Both the position numbers and the translations under genes were made by a program. A stretch of DNA of 26,974 nt from Myxococcota bacterium (GTDB taxonomy: Bacteria > Myxococcota > UBA4151), in assembly GCA_036338695.1 (NCBI GenBank), contig JAYZBQ010000071.1, forward strand, positions 1 through 26,974, read 5' to 3'. The notes below the pieces were generated by a model. It saw nothing but the letters and a program-made list of their open reading frames with translations, was not told the origin of the DNA and made no database searches. This document shows, one piece after another, positions 7,019-17,844 of the stretch. The stretch's first letter is position 1. Every line of letters begins with the position of its first letter.

Positions 7019-8803
7019 TTAGTAATGCGCCCCGATTTGGGCATCGACACCATAGTCCCAGATGTTCTTAAACCCACCGTCGATCGACGCCTCACGGATC
7101 TGCGAGTTGACGCCGGTGCCGTACGAGGCGGTGCTGAAGTTCTTCTGCGCGCGCACGTTGAACGCCAAGAAGGGGAAGAGCTTCCAGCGAATCGCGCCGA
7201 TCAGAATCTCGTTATCCGCCTCGAGCTTGAAGGCGTCATCGAAGGTCCCGAAGCCACGCAGGTGGTACGTCGCGAACACCTCGAGAAAGAGCAGCGGCAT
7301 CTCGGCGTGAACCATCAAGTGCTGGTAACCGTTCTCGTCTCCCGCGCCGCCGCTGATCTGCGCATTCTCGTAGCTGACCTGCAGGCCGTACGCTTGCGGC
7401 TTGGCGTAGGCGAGGTCTGCGTAATAGCCCATGCGCATCTTGTCTTTATCCGCAGACTGGCTGAGGGCTTCGAGCCACACCAGCTTCGTGACCGGTGTCA
7501 TGGCGTTGCCGTCGGCGTCAGTCTCCTGCCGATACTGATAACGCTGCTGTGCGTAGAGGCTGTCAAAGTAACTCGGGACAAACCCTGCATCGAACATCCG
7601 CCCCTCAAGCCGCAGCCGCATCGCCGTCGTGGAATCGCCTGAGCCGAAGTTGAGCCTTGCGAGGGTACCCACGGAGTAGCCCATCCCCGAGGTCGACTCG
7701 GTACCCAGGCTGCTGACGTCTAGATACGCCTTGAGGTCGACCTTGGCGTCCTCGCTCTTGAAGTACTTATACTCGGCGCTCACGCCCGTCGCCGAGACCG
7801 CCGAGGACGAGTCGACGATGGGGAGGAAGCCATTCTCGGCGTCTAGGTTTAACAGCGTCCCAGTCCAGTTGAGCTGCGACGGCGCCTGCCGGTCTTGGAC
7901 GTGCACCACACCGATACTCAGGCTGCGTAGCCCTGCGGGGCTCTTGGTCGGGTCGGCGTCGCGCAGCGCACCGACGGGCTTGATGAAGCCGAGGACCCCC
8001 CAGAGGTAGGGATCCGGCACCGACGAGGCGAAGGCTTGGAAGCCACCATGTTTGGTGTAGGCGTCGAGACCCACGGACGTGTACGTGGTGTCCGACGTCA
8101 GGTTCGGGTTGAAGCGCCGCATCACGGTCCCGTGACCCAAACTCGCCGCCCCCACGCGGCTGACGCTTAGGTAGACGGGATCTTCCTTGCGACCATACTG
8201 TGCGTAGAGGATCGCTGCGATGAAGTCCTCAGCCTGATCGTAGTCCTCTGGGCGGATGGTGAAGGTCTGATCGCTCAGGAGCGTGGGTACGTCGGCGCGC
8301 GTGCTGTACAGGGGTGCGCGTAAGGGTAAATGAAAGCCAAGCCGCCAGCCGCGGTTGATCATGTGGATCTGCGGACTGACCTTCATGAAGATGTCCTCAC
8401 CGATCGTATCGACCCCTAAACGGACGCCATACTCGCTACGTGGCGGGATCCGAACGTTGGCGCCGGCGGAGGTCAGATCGCCCTTGATAAACGGCAGCTT
8501 CTTCGCCGGCTTCTTAGGCTTTTTCGCCTCTTTGTCTGAGCCATCCTCAGCGGTCTTCTTTTCAGCCGCTTCCTCAGCTGCCGGCGGCTTAACATCGGCG
8601 GGCGCAGGGGTCTCCTTCTGAGCGCCCTCGTCCTTCTCAGCGGCGGGCGCCGCATCTGCTGGCGTCGCCTCAGCGGGCGTTGCACTCGGCTCAGTCGAAG
8701 CGCTCGCGGGTGCCTCTGGGCTGGGCGGTGCTTCAGCGTCTTGAGCCTGCGCGGCTTGTACCCCAAACACCAACCACACCATTGTTGCGAGGACTCGCTT
8801 CAT
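7019..8803 (-). CDS. Secreted protein, probable outer-membrane beta-barrel
   Basis: Signal peptide (AQA-Q), Ala/Pro/Glu/Lys low-complexity N-terminus, many amphipathic beta-strand-like segments, conserved-looking YGRKEDPVY...SLGHGTVMRRF block, C-terminal aromatic (IGAHY). Confidence 0.7.
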   Translation of the reverse strand: MKRVLATMVWLVFGVQAAQAQDAEAPPSPEAPASASTEPSATPAEATPADAAPAAEKDEGAQKETPAPADVKPPAAEEAAEKKTAEDGSDKEAKKPKKPAKKLPFIKGDLTSAGANVRIPPRSEYGVRLGVDTIGEDIFMKVSPQIHMINRGWRLGFHLPLRAPLYSTRADVPTLLSDQTFTIRPEDYDQAEDFIAAILYAQYGRKEDPVYLSVSRVGAASLGHGTVMRRFNPNLTSDTTYTSVGLDAYTKHGGFQAFASSVPDPYLWGVLGFIKPVGALRDADPTKSPAGLRSLSIGVVHVQDRQAPSQLNWTGTLLNLDAENGFLPIVDSSSAVSATGVSAEYKYFKSEDAKVDLKAYLDVSSLGTESTSGMGYSVGTLARLNFGSGDSTTAMRLRLEGRMFDAGFVPSYFDSLYAQQRYQYRQETDADGNAMTPVTKLVWLEALSQSADKDKMRMGYYADLAYAKPQAYGLQVSYENAQISGGAGDENGYQHLMVHAEMPLLFLEVFATYHLRGFGTFDDAFKLEADNEILIGAIRWKLFPFLAFNVRAQKNFSTASYGTGVNSQIREASIDGGFKNIWDYGVDAQIGAHY

Positions 8804-8889
8804 GACGTCTACTCCATCGACATGTCTCGGTGCGCAGTGTGGGCGAGGAGCGCTGGCGAGACAAGCCCCAAGTTACCGCTAACGTCCCC

Positions 8890-9627
8890 TCAGGAGACCA
8901 GCCACACGCTCACGAATTCAAAGACCAGCCGAAGCGCCAAGACCGCCAGCAAGAGCCGATAAGCTCGGCGGAACCAACGATCCGGCATGTCCGTTCGTTT
9001 GCCGCACACGATACCGAGCAAGACAGCCCCCATCATCGCTGCGAGCTCGACGCCATACTCCGCGTAGGAGAAGTCAAACGTTTGTTGCCCTAGCCAGGCG
9101 AAGAGGAAGACCTTCGGGACGTGGGTCGAGAGCTGACAGACGGCTTTGGTCGCGATCACCTGCTGGCGTGTGTAGCGCTCGCTGATGAAAAAGGGGGCGA
9201 TGACCGGATCTGCGGCGCCGACCAACATCGAACTCAGGCTGGCGCCACCGCCGATCGCAGACCAGCCTCCGGCGCTCGGCTCCGCCTCGCTCGCCGGCGG
9301 TCGGATCACAGCGAAGAGGACGTAGACCCCGAGCAAGCCCTTGAGCCAGTCCATATCGAGCAGACCGAGCAGATACCAACCCAGCGCCATCGCCGGGAGC
9401 ACCGGTAGCATAAAGGCGCGAGCAATCGGCCACACCACGTGGCTTCGAAAAACCCAGCTACGCGCCCCGTTGTTGACCACCTGAACAGCCCCGTGCAGCG
9501 GCAGCGCCAACTGCGGCGGGAGCATCAAATAGAGTAAAACGATGAACAACGTCCCGCCGGCGATCCCCACCGCTGCGCTCACATAGGCAGCAGCGAACGC
9601 AGCGCCGACCATTCCGGCGAGGAGCAT
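8890..9627 (-). CDS. Sulfite exporter TauE/SafE (TSUP) family membrane protein
   Basis: About 8 TM segments. Motifs GIAGGTL, LPPQLALPLHGAVQVVNNGAR, LVGAADP, VIATKA. Confidence 0.85.
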   Translation of the reverse strand: MLLAGMVGAAFAAAYVSAAVGIAGGTLFIVLLYLMLPPQLALPLHGAVQVVNNGARSWVFRSHVVWPIARAFMLPVLPAMALGWYLLGLLDMDWLKGLLGVYVLFAVIRPPASEAEPSAGGWSAIGGGASLSSMLVGAADPVIAPFFISERYTRQQVIATKAVCQLSTHVPKVFLFAWLGQQTFDFSYAEYGVELAAMMGAVLLGIVCGKRTDMPDRWFRRAYRLLLAVLALRLVFEFVSVWLVS

Positions 9628-10157
9628 CAGTCAGCGTCCGCCTTCACGACCATCAGCGAGGGGCGCCCCCCCTTCTCCTGCACCCGAAACTGGACCGCGT
9701 GACCATGTTTCGTCTCGAGCGCCTGCCGCTTGCTCGCAAGCTTGGCCAAAAAGTCCGAGCGATTCGGTGGGGTCATCCCAGCCGCTTTGCAGATGGACTC
9801 GTAGGCCTCATAGGCGTCTGCGTCGGGATGGCGCCGCTGAGCCTCTTGCCGGCGCTCTGCGCGGGCGACCTGGCGCTTAAAGGTACCTGCCTCAATCTGT
9901 CTCAGGTTTCGGTCCCAGAGCCGCCCGTAGCTGTTGAAGCGCTGCTGGATCTGCTGCAGCCTGAACCGATCCGTGCTCGCGAGATCTCGGCGCACACGCG
10001 CACGATTGAGCTCGCGCGCCAGCTGATCCCGAACCGGCACGGGCGGGACACGCTCGAGCCCTTGGAAAAATCGGTCCCAGGCGCGGCGAAGCTCCTCGAG
10101 CCGCCGCTGCAAATCGCCGACGTCAAGTGTTGCCGCACCGGGTTGAGGTCGCTTCAT
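9627..10157 (-). CDS. Conserved hypothetical protein, MXAN_5187 C-terminal-domain-like
   Basis: LRRAWDRFFQGLERVPP...RFRLQQIQQRFNSYGRLWDRNLRQIEAGTFKR and C-terminal YEAY...VQFRVQEKGGRPSL match a recalled myxobacterial family. 1-bp overlap with the downstream gene. Confidence 0.65.
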   Translation of the reverse strand: MKRPQPGAATLDVGDLQRRLEELRRAWDRFFQGLERVPPVPVRDQLARELNRARVRRDLASTDRFRLQQIQQRFNSYGRLWDRNLRQIEAGTFKRQVARAERRQEAQRRHPDADAYEAYESICKAAGMTPPNRSDFLAKLASKRQALETKHGHAVQFRVQEKGGRPSLMVVKADAD

Positions 10158-10221
10158 GACCTCAACGCTGAATCAGGACCGCCTTGCTGTCAACGGCTTC
10201 GGAGCAGGAGCTTTCGGTCGC

Positions 10222-10629
10222 TCAGTGGGACTCGGTGGTTGCGTGGCAAGCTTCCGCCCAAGCGAGCTCATCTTGCGCGAGCTCCCACTTCGGGTCGAAC
10301 GAGCCGCCCAGCTCGGCGAGCTCGGCTTGAGCCTTCTCCACCAGGCGTTTGGCGCGCGAGGCGCGCATGTCACCCCACTCCAACACCCGGTTGGCGAGCA
10401 CCGTCACTTGGTTGTCGACGACCTCACACACGCCGTTACCCAGCGCAAACTTCTCCTCTTTGCCACCCACCGCGATCCGGGCAACCCCCGGCGTCAGGCG
10501 CGACAGCAGCGCGGCGTGGTTCGGTAGAATGGTAAAGACTCCGTCCGACCCAACCAAGGTGACCTCGTCAGCCTCACGCTCGAGCGGGGCAGCACCCGGT
10601 ACGATCATCCGCAATTGAAGTTTGCTCAT
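10222..10629 (-). CDS. atpC: ATP synthase F1 epsilon subunit
   Basis: GVFTILPNHAALL...PG motif and VTVLA. Directly downstream of atpD. Confidence 0.93.
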   Translation of the reverse strand: MSKLQLRMIVPGAAPLEREADEVTLVGSDGVFTILPNHAALLSRLTPGVARIAVGGKEEKFALGNGVCEVVDNQVTVLANRVLEWGDMRASRAKRLVEKAQAELAELGGSFDPKWELAQDELAWAEACHATTESH

Positions 10630-10658
10630 GGCATGGTTCTCCTGCTGTCACCTAACCG

Positions 10659-12979
<2,321 letters not shown>

Positions 12980-13003
12980 GATGCACCTCCCTCGAGCGAG
13001 TTG

Positions 13004-14533
13004 TTAGGACCACTCGCCCTTGAACTTACGCAGCGCTGCTTCGATCTTGCCGCGCAGGTCATTGGTCAACTCACCGACCTTCTCGATCTCGTCGAGCAGC
13101 TCAATGCTGTTCTGCTCCAGCGACGCCTCAAGGTCCTGCATGAACCGAACGACATCCTTGGTCTCGACCGAACGAATGAAGGAGTCGGGCGAGTCGACCT
13201 TCTCAGGGCTGGTCGCTGCGAAGATGCAGCAGACCTGAATCCCAACACGCTGGGGCTTGTATTGCCCCTGCTTGAGCGTCTCCACCAGCCGCTCACCACG
13301 AGCCAACTGATCCTGCGTCGCCTTGTCGAGGTCCGAGCCGAACTGAGCAAAGGCTGCCAGCTCACGGAACTGTGCGAGCTCGAGACGCAGCGTCCCCGAG
13401 ATCTTCTTCATGATCTTCTTCTGCGCAGCGCCGCCCACACGCGACACCGAGATGCCGGGGTTAATGGCCGGGCGCACACCCGAGTTGAACAGATCAGCCT
13501 CGAGGAAGATCTGACCGTCGGTGATCGAGATCACGTTGGTCGGAATGTAGGCTGAGACGTCGCCCGCTTGGGTCTCGATGATCGGCAGCGCCGTCAGCGA
13601 ACCACCGCCCTCTTCGTCGCTCAACTTCGCCGCGCGCTCAAGGAGCCGGCTGTGCAGGTAGAACACGTCACCAGGGTACGCTTCACGGCCCGGAGGGCGA
13701 CGCAGCAGCAGCGAGATCTGGCGATACGCAACCGCCTGCTTGCTGAGGTCATCGTAGATGATCAGCGCATGCTCGCCGTTGTCACGATAGTACTCGCCCA
13801 TCGCGCAGCCGGTATAGGCTGACAGGAACTGCATCGGCGCAGGATCCGAGGCGCAAGCAGCCACAACGGTGGTGTAGTCGAGCGCGTCGTGCACACGCAG
13901 CTTCTCGACGACCTGTGCAACGGTCGAGCGCTTCTGACCGATGGCGACGTAGATGCATTTCACGCCGGTGTTCTTCTGGTTGATGATGGCGTCGACGGCG
14001 ACGGCGGTCTTACCCGTCTGACGGTCACCGATGATCAGCTCACGCTGACCACGACCGATCGGCACCAAGGCGTCGATCACCTTAAGGCCGGTCTGCATGG
14101 GCTCGTGCACGGGCTTACGTGCGATGATGCCCGGCGCCTTAACCTCGATCTGGCTGCGCTTCTGCTCGCCGATCGGACCTTTGCCGTCGATTGGGTTCCC
14201 CCAGCCGTCGACCACGCGGCCGAGCAGTTCCGGACCAACAGGCACATCGGCGATGGTGCCGGTTCGTGTGACTGCGTCCCCTTCGCGAATCTCTGCGTCC
14301 GAGCCCATAATCACGACCCCGACGTTGTCCTCCTCGAGGTTGAGCGCCAGGCCCATGACGCCGTTGGCAAACTGCACCAACTCACCCGCCATCACCTTGT
14401 CGAGTCCGTAGACACGCGCCACGCCGTCACCGACGCTAAGCACGCTGCCCGTCTCCGACACCTCGACCGCTTGATCAAAGTCAGCGATCTGGTCCCTCAG
14501 GATGCGGCTGATCTCTTCTGCTCGAAGCTCCAT
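13004..14533 (-). CDS. atpA: ATP synthase F1 alpha subunit
   Basis: [36 protein letters not shown]. Confidence 0.99.
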   Translation of the reverse strand: MELRAEEISRILRDQIADFDQAVEVSETGSVLSVGDGVARVYGLDKVMAGELVQFANGVMGLALNLEEDNVGVVIMGSDAEIREGDAVTRTGTIADVPVGPELLGRVVDGWGNPIDGKGPIGEQKRSQIEVKAPGIIARKPVHEPMQTGLKVIDALVPIGRGQRELIIGDRQTGKTAVAVDAIINQKNTGVKCIYVAIGQKRSTVAQVVEKLRVHDALDYTTVVAACASDPAPMQFLSAYTGCAMGEYYRDNGEHALIIYDDLSKQAVAYRQISLLLRRPPGREAYPGDVFYLHSRLLERAAKLSDEEGGGSLTALPIIETQAGDVSAYIPTNVISITDGQIFLEADLFNSGVRPAINPGISVSRVGGAAQKKIMKKISGTLRLELAQFRELAAFAQFGSDLDKATQDQLARGERLVETLKQGQYKPQRVGIQVCCIFAATSPEKVDSPDSFIRSVETKDVVRFMQDLEASLEQNSIELLDEIEKVGELTNDLRGKIEAALRKFKGEWS

Positions 14534-14573
14534 GTTCTCTATCTCCGTGGCAGGGCGTCTCGCCCAGGCGCCA

Positions 14574-15116
14574 TCATTTGACTAAAAGTTGTCGTCCAAG
14601 GCGATCGAGTCGCCCCTTCACCGTTCCATCAAAAAGTTCACTCCCGATCTGCACCTGCAGACCGGCGATCAGGCTCGCATCTGTCTCAGTCTTGAGGAGG
14701 ACCGTCTGTCCGGTCTTAGCCTCAAGCGCCTTGGTCACCGCCGCCCGCTGCGCATCGGTCAGCGCCTGGGCGCTCACGGCACGGGCACGAACTCGTCCAA
14801 GCCGCTCATCGGTTAGCCGCTGCGCAGCCTCCGAGATCCCCTTGAGCGCGCCGAGTCGATCCTTCTCAATGACCAACCCGATAAACGGGCGCAGCAGCTC
14901 ATCAGCGCCGAGCCGACCCATCAGCTCGTTAAAGACCGAGCTCCGCTGCTCCGCCGTAAAGCCTGGGTGATACATCACCGCGTGCATCTCAGGATGCTCT
15001 GAACAGATCGTTGCGAGCTGATCCAAGCCGTGAGCCACCTTCTCGAGACGCCCAGCCTGGTCTGCCAACTCGACGAGCGCCCGCGCATAGCGCAGCGAAA
15101 TTGCCGCTGGAATCAT
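14574..15116 (-). CDS. atpH: ATP synthase F1 delta subunit
   Basis: [19 protein letters not shown]...[14 protein letters not shown]. Located between atpF and atpA. Confidence 0.95.
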   Translation of the reverse strand: MIPAAISLRYARALVELADQAGRLEKVAHGLDQLATICSEHPEMHAVMYHPGFTAEQRSSVFNELMGRLGADELLRPFIGLVIEKDRLGALKGISEAAQRLTDERLGRVRARAVSAQALTDAQRAAVTKALEAKTGQTVLLKTETDASLIAGLQVQIGSELFDGTVKGRLDRLGRQLLVK

Positions 15117-15688
15117 GCCTCGCCCTCCACGTTCGAGACGAACTCATCGCTGAGCCGATCGTGGTCCTCTGGGGTGATCGCCTCGGTGACCCGTTGATGC
15201 GCCGCGCCGTACGCAAGGCGCGCAGCCTCGGCGGTGAGCCGGCGCTCGGCGCTTCGCCGCTGGCGGTCGAGCGCGATCTCGGCGTTTTTGCGCAGCCGGC
15301 TGATCTCAGCCTCGGCGTTCGCCATGATCAAGGCTTTCTCCCGCTCAAGCTTCTCATCCGTCGAGCGCTGGAGCTCATCGATCTCCGCCGACAAGCCGTC
15401 CAGCCGCGCCTGCAGCTCAGCCTGTCGCTTCTCCGCCCGCTCACGCGCCTCTTCGGCTGCTCGCAAAAGCTTCTCGAAGCGCTCGGCGCGTGCGCGCACC
15501 TGACGCATAATCGGCCCTCGGATCACGAACGACGCGCCGGTGATGAACAGGATAAAGTTGAGGATGAACCAGCCCATAGCGAGGCTGTGCGGGTCACCGA
15601 TCGTGAACCAGTTGATCCCGTCCGTGGGCGCGCCCCCTGCGAGCGCAAGCGATGGCGACCAGACCAGAGCGAGTAGCACGAAACGCAT
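15113..15688 (-). CDS. atpF: ATP synthase Fo subunit b
   Basis: N-terminal hydrophobic extension, TM 'WFILNFILFI', long charged coiled coil. 4-bp overlap with atpH. Confidence 0.88.
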   Translation of the reverse strand: MRFVLLALVWSPSLALAGGAPTDGINWFTIGDPHSLAMGWFILNFILFITGASFVIRGPIMRQVRARAERFEKLLRAAEEARERAEKRQAELQARLDGLSAEIDELQRSTDEKLEREKALIMANAEAEISRLRKNAEIALDRQRRSAERRLTAEAARLAYGAAHQRVTEAITPEDHDRLSDEFVSNVEGEA

Positions 15689-16107
15689 CAGACGCTCCTC
15701 CCCAAGGCTTTGGCGACGAGGTCGTCGGCAAGCGCCTTCACGTCACCTTCTAGCGCGTCGCGCGCCGCAGCGACCGTCGCCTCGAGCGCCGCCTCTTCGG
15801 CCTGCGCTTGCTGCGAGACGGTCTCGCTAGCCCCATCGATCTTCGCCTGCGCCTCTAAACGTAGCGAGGCGCGCTGGCTCGCCGCCGCGCCCTCGATCGC
15901 CTGCCGAGCCTCCGTCCACTTCGCCTGCACGCGACGCTCGAGACGCTCGACGGCGTCTTCACCCGACGTCGCTGCGGTCGGGCTCTCAAGCGCCTCACGC
16001 GCCTCGAGCAAGTCGAGGTACGGGCGATAGAGCCACGGCGTGAACAAAAACAGTAACCCTAGGAAGATCACTAAAATTACGAGAATTCCAACAGTCGACA
16101 CATACAT
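15688..16107 (-). CDS. ATP synthase Fo subunit b'
   Basis: ATG16107 after AGGAGGGG. TM segment followed by LYRPYLDLLEARE and an Ala/Glu coiled coil. First gene of a b'-b-delta-alpha-gamma-beta-epsilon operon. Confidence 0.85.
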   Translation of the reverse strand: MYVSTVGILVILVIFLGLLFLFTPWLYRPYLDLLEAREALESPTAATSGEDAVERLERRVQAKWTEARQAIEGAAASQRASLRLEAQAKIDGASETVSQQAQAEEAALEATVAAARDALEGDVKALADDLVAKALGRSV

Positions 16108-16210
16108 AAGTCGGCCGTCCCCTCCTCTTGAGCGCCGAGCCCCTAGCACCGCAAAAGGGGGGCGTCAACGCCATCCCGACAGCAGCACAAGCAACTGTTT
16201 TAACGAACAA

Positions 16211-16239
16211 ATTATCATCTATTTTATCATCCAAGTGAA
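16211..16239 (-). promoter_or_regulatory. Candidate sigma70 promoter of the atp operon
   Basis: TTCACT(16239-16234)-N17-GATAAT(16216-16211) inside a strongly AT-rich patch. Confidence 0.55.
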
Positions 16240-16291
16240 TTGCCCGACCGGCCTCAAACGGGACCTCGCCAGCCCCGCGGCTTCACGCACC

Positions 16292-16330
16292 AAAAAAGAA
16301 AGCGAGCGCCCCCACCGGGGCGCCCGCTCC
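16292..16330 (-). terminator. Rho-independent terminator after rplI
   Basis: Minus-strand stem GAGCGGGCGCCCC/GGGGCGCTCGCTT with GGTG loop, followed by TCTTTTTT. Confidence 0.85.
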
Positions 16331-16355
16331 GTAGCAACCGCTGTACGGCGTCGAC

Positions 16356-16904
16356 CTACTCGGCGTCAGCCTCCGAGAACTCGTCGCTCTCATCAGCAGC
16401 GCCCGCAGCAGCCAGCTCAGGCTCCTCTTCAGGCTCCTCTTCGACAACCGGCTCGGCGGTGCGGTCGGCGACCACCCACACCTTGACCTCGGCCATGACG
16501 CCAGCGGTCAGCTTGATCTGGACCGGATAGACACCCAGCGCTTTAATCGGCTCATCGAGCACGATGCGGCGAGCATCGACCGGGTGGCCCATCGCCACCA
16601 GGGCACGCGCGATGTCGCGGTTCGTGACCGAACCGAACAGCTTATCCTGCTCGCCGACGCGCATCGGGAAGGTCAGGTCGATCCCGCTGATCGCCGAGGC
16701 GCGACCTTGCGCTTCAGCAGCAGCTTTGCGCTTAGCGTGCTCGGTCAAACGCTGCGCGTGCTCCCACTGGCGGACCGCCTTGGGGTCGGCCACGAGGGCG
16801 AGCCCGTTGGGGACGAGGTAGTTACGAGCGTAGCCAGCTTTCACACTGACCACCTCACCGACGAGGCCCAGATTGGGCACGTCACGCTGTAAGATGACTT
16901 GCAT
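16356..16904 (-). CDS. rplI: 50S ribosomal protein L9
   Basis: MQVILQRDVPNLG...VKAGYARNYLVP, KLFGSVT, PIKALG. Acidic C-terminal extension. Confidence 0.98.
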   Translation of the reverse strand: MQVILQRDVPNLGLVGEVVSVKAGYARNYLVPNGLALVADPKAVRQWEHAQRLTEHAKRKAAAEAQGRASAISGIDLTFPMRVGEQDKLFGSVTNRDIARALVAMGHPVDARRIVLDEPIKALGVYPVQIKLTAGVMAEVKVWVVADRTAEPVVEEEPEEEPELAAAGAADESDEFSEADAE

Positions 16905-16912
16905 GATACCTC

Positions 16913-17152
16913 CTAGTTCTGCTGACCCGCGTAGGGCAGCAGGGCGAGCTGGCGCGCACGCTTGATCTCGACGGCGAGCTTGCGCTGCGCTTTCACGCTC
17001 ACGCCGCTCACGCGCGCCGGCATGATCTTGCCACGCTCAGTGATGAATCGACGCAATAAGTTCACGTCCTTGTACGAGATGATCAACGTCGGATCGGCCT
17101 CAAAGGGGCACTTCTTCGCCCGGACCGGCTTTCCACGACTTTCCTTACCCAT
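16913..17152 (-). CDS. rpsR: 30S ribosomal protein S18
   Basis: [26 protein letters not shown]...[22 protein letters not shown]17152 follows GAGGAG and overlaps the rpsF end by 8 bp. Confidence 0.97.
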   Translation of the reverse strand: MGKESRGKPVRAKKCPFEADPTLIISYKDVNLLRRFITERGKIMPARVSGVSVKAQRKLAVEIKRARQLALLPYAGQQN

Positions 17153-17660
17153 CGGCGTTCTCCTCTTCACCAGCGGCTGCCTCGGCAGCTTCGGTTGCGC
17201 CTGCGTCAGCCTGAACCGGCTCAGCGGCCGACTCCGCAGGGGTCTCTACAGGTGCTTCTTCCGCAGCGGCGGCCTTAGCGGCGGCGGCTTCGGCGGCGGC
17301 AGCGGCTTGCGCAGCGGCGGCTTCGGCTTGAAGCTTCGCCTCAGCGATACGCGCCTCGGGATCTTCAATGTCTTCGAGCTGGATCGTCAGGAAACGCCAG
17401 ACGCCGTCCATGATCCGCAGGCCCTTCTCAAGGGTCACCACCGTGGACTTTTCGCCCAGGTAGTTCTGCAGCACATAGTAGCCGCGGTTGTTCTTGTTAA
17501 TCTCATAGGCGAGCTTGCGCTTGCCCCAGTGGTCGGCGCCTAAGACGGTCCCACCAGCTTTAGCGATGTTGCCTTCGATCCGATCGAGCAGGGGCTGCAA
17601 GGCGCCTTGCTCTTCCAACTCAGGATCGAGAATGCAGACGGTTTCGTATTCCCGGATCAT
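17145..17660 (-). CDS. rpsF: 30S ribosomal protein S6
   Basis: [29 protein letters not shown]. Ala/Glu-rich C-terminal tail. Confidence 0.97.
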   Translation of the reverse strand: MIREYETVCILDPELEEQGALQPLLDRIEGNIAKAGGTVLGADHWGKRKLAYEINKNNRGYYVLQNYLGEKSTVVTLEKGLRIMDGVWRFLTIQLEDIEDPEARIAEAKLQAEAAAAQAAAAAEAAAAKAAAAEEAPVETPAESAAEPVQADAGATEAAEAAAGEEENADG

Positions 17661-17663
17661 TCG

Positions 17664-17712
17664 ATCTCCTCCCGGACTTACGGCATGACCTCATGGTCAT
17701 GCGAGGATATGT
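17664..17712 (-). promoter_or_regulatory. S6:S18-type ribosomal protein leader (cis-regulatory RNA)
   Basis: Minus strand reads AUCCUC-GCAUGACC-AUGA-GGUCAUGC-CGUAAGU-CCG-GGAGGAG: anti-SD strand, perfect 8-bp inner hairpin, unpaired CCG just before the SD of rpsF. Confidence 0.7.
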
Positions 17713-17788
17713 AACCCCTCGACCACGCGCCGAGGGCGGCACGCCCTATCAGCAGGTAACCGCCGGCGCAAAGCAAAAGCGCGCGCCC

Positions 17789-17820
17789 AAAACGAGAACG
17801 GGGCGGCTAACGCCGCCCCG
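17789..17820 (-). terminator. Probable intrinsic terminator after hppA
   Basis: Perfect 9-bp stem CGGGGCGGC/GCCGCCCCG with a 4-nt loop, followed by TTCTCGTTTT on the minus strand. Confidence 0.65.
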
Positions 17821-17844
17821 CTCACCGAACCGAATGAGCTCGGC

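Noticed and set aside
15995..16234. 79-aa ORF upstream of atpF' as a possible AtpI/AtpZ or leader peptide
   Set aside because: It starts within the candidate promoter, overlaps atpF' out of frame, and lacks the TM pattern of AtpI/AtpZ.
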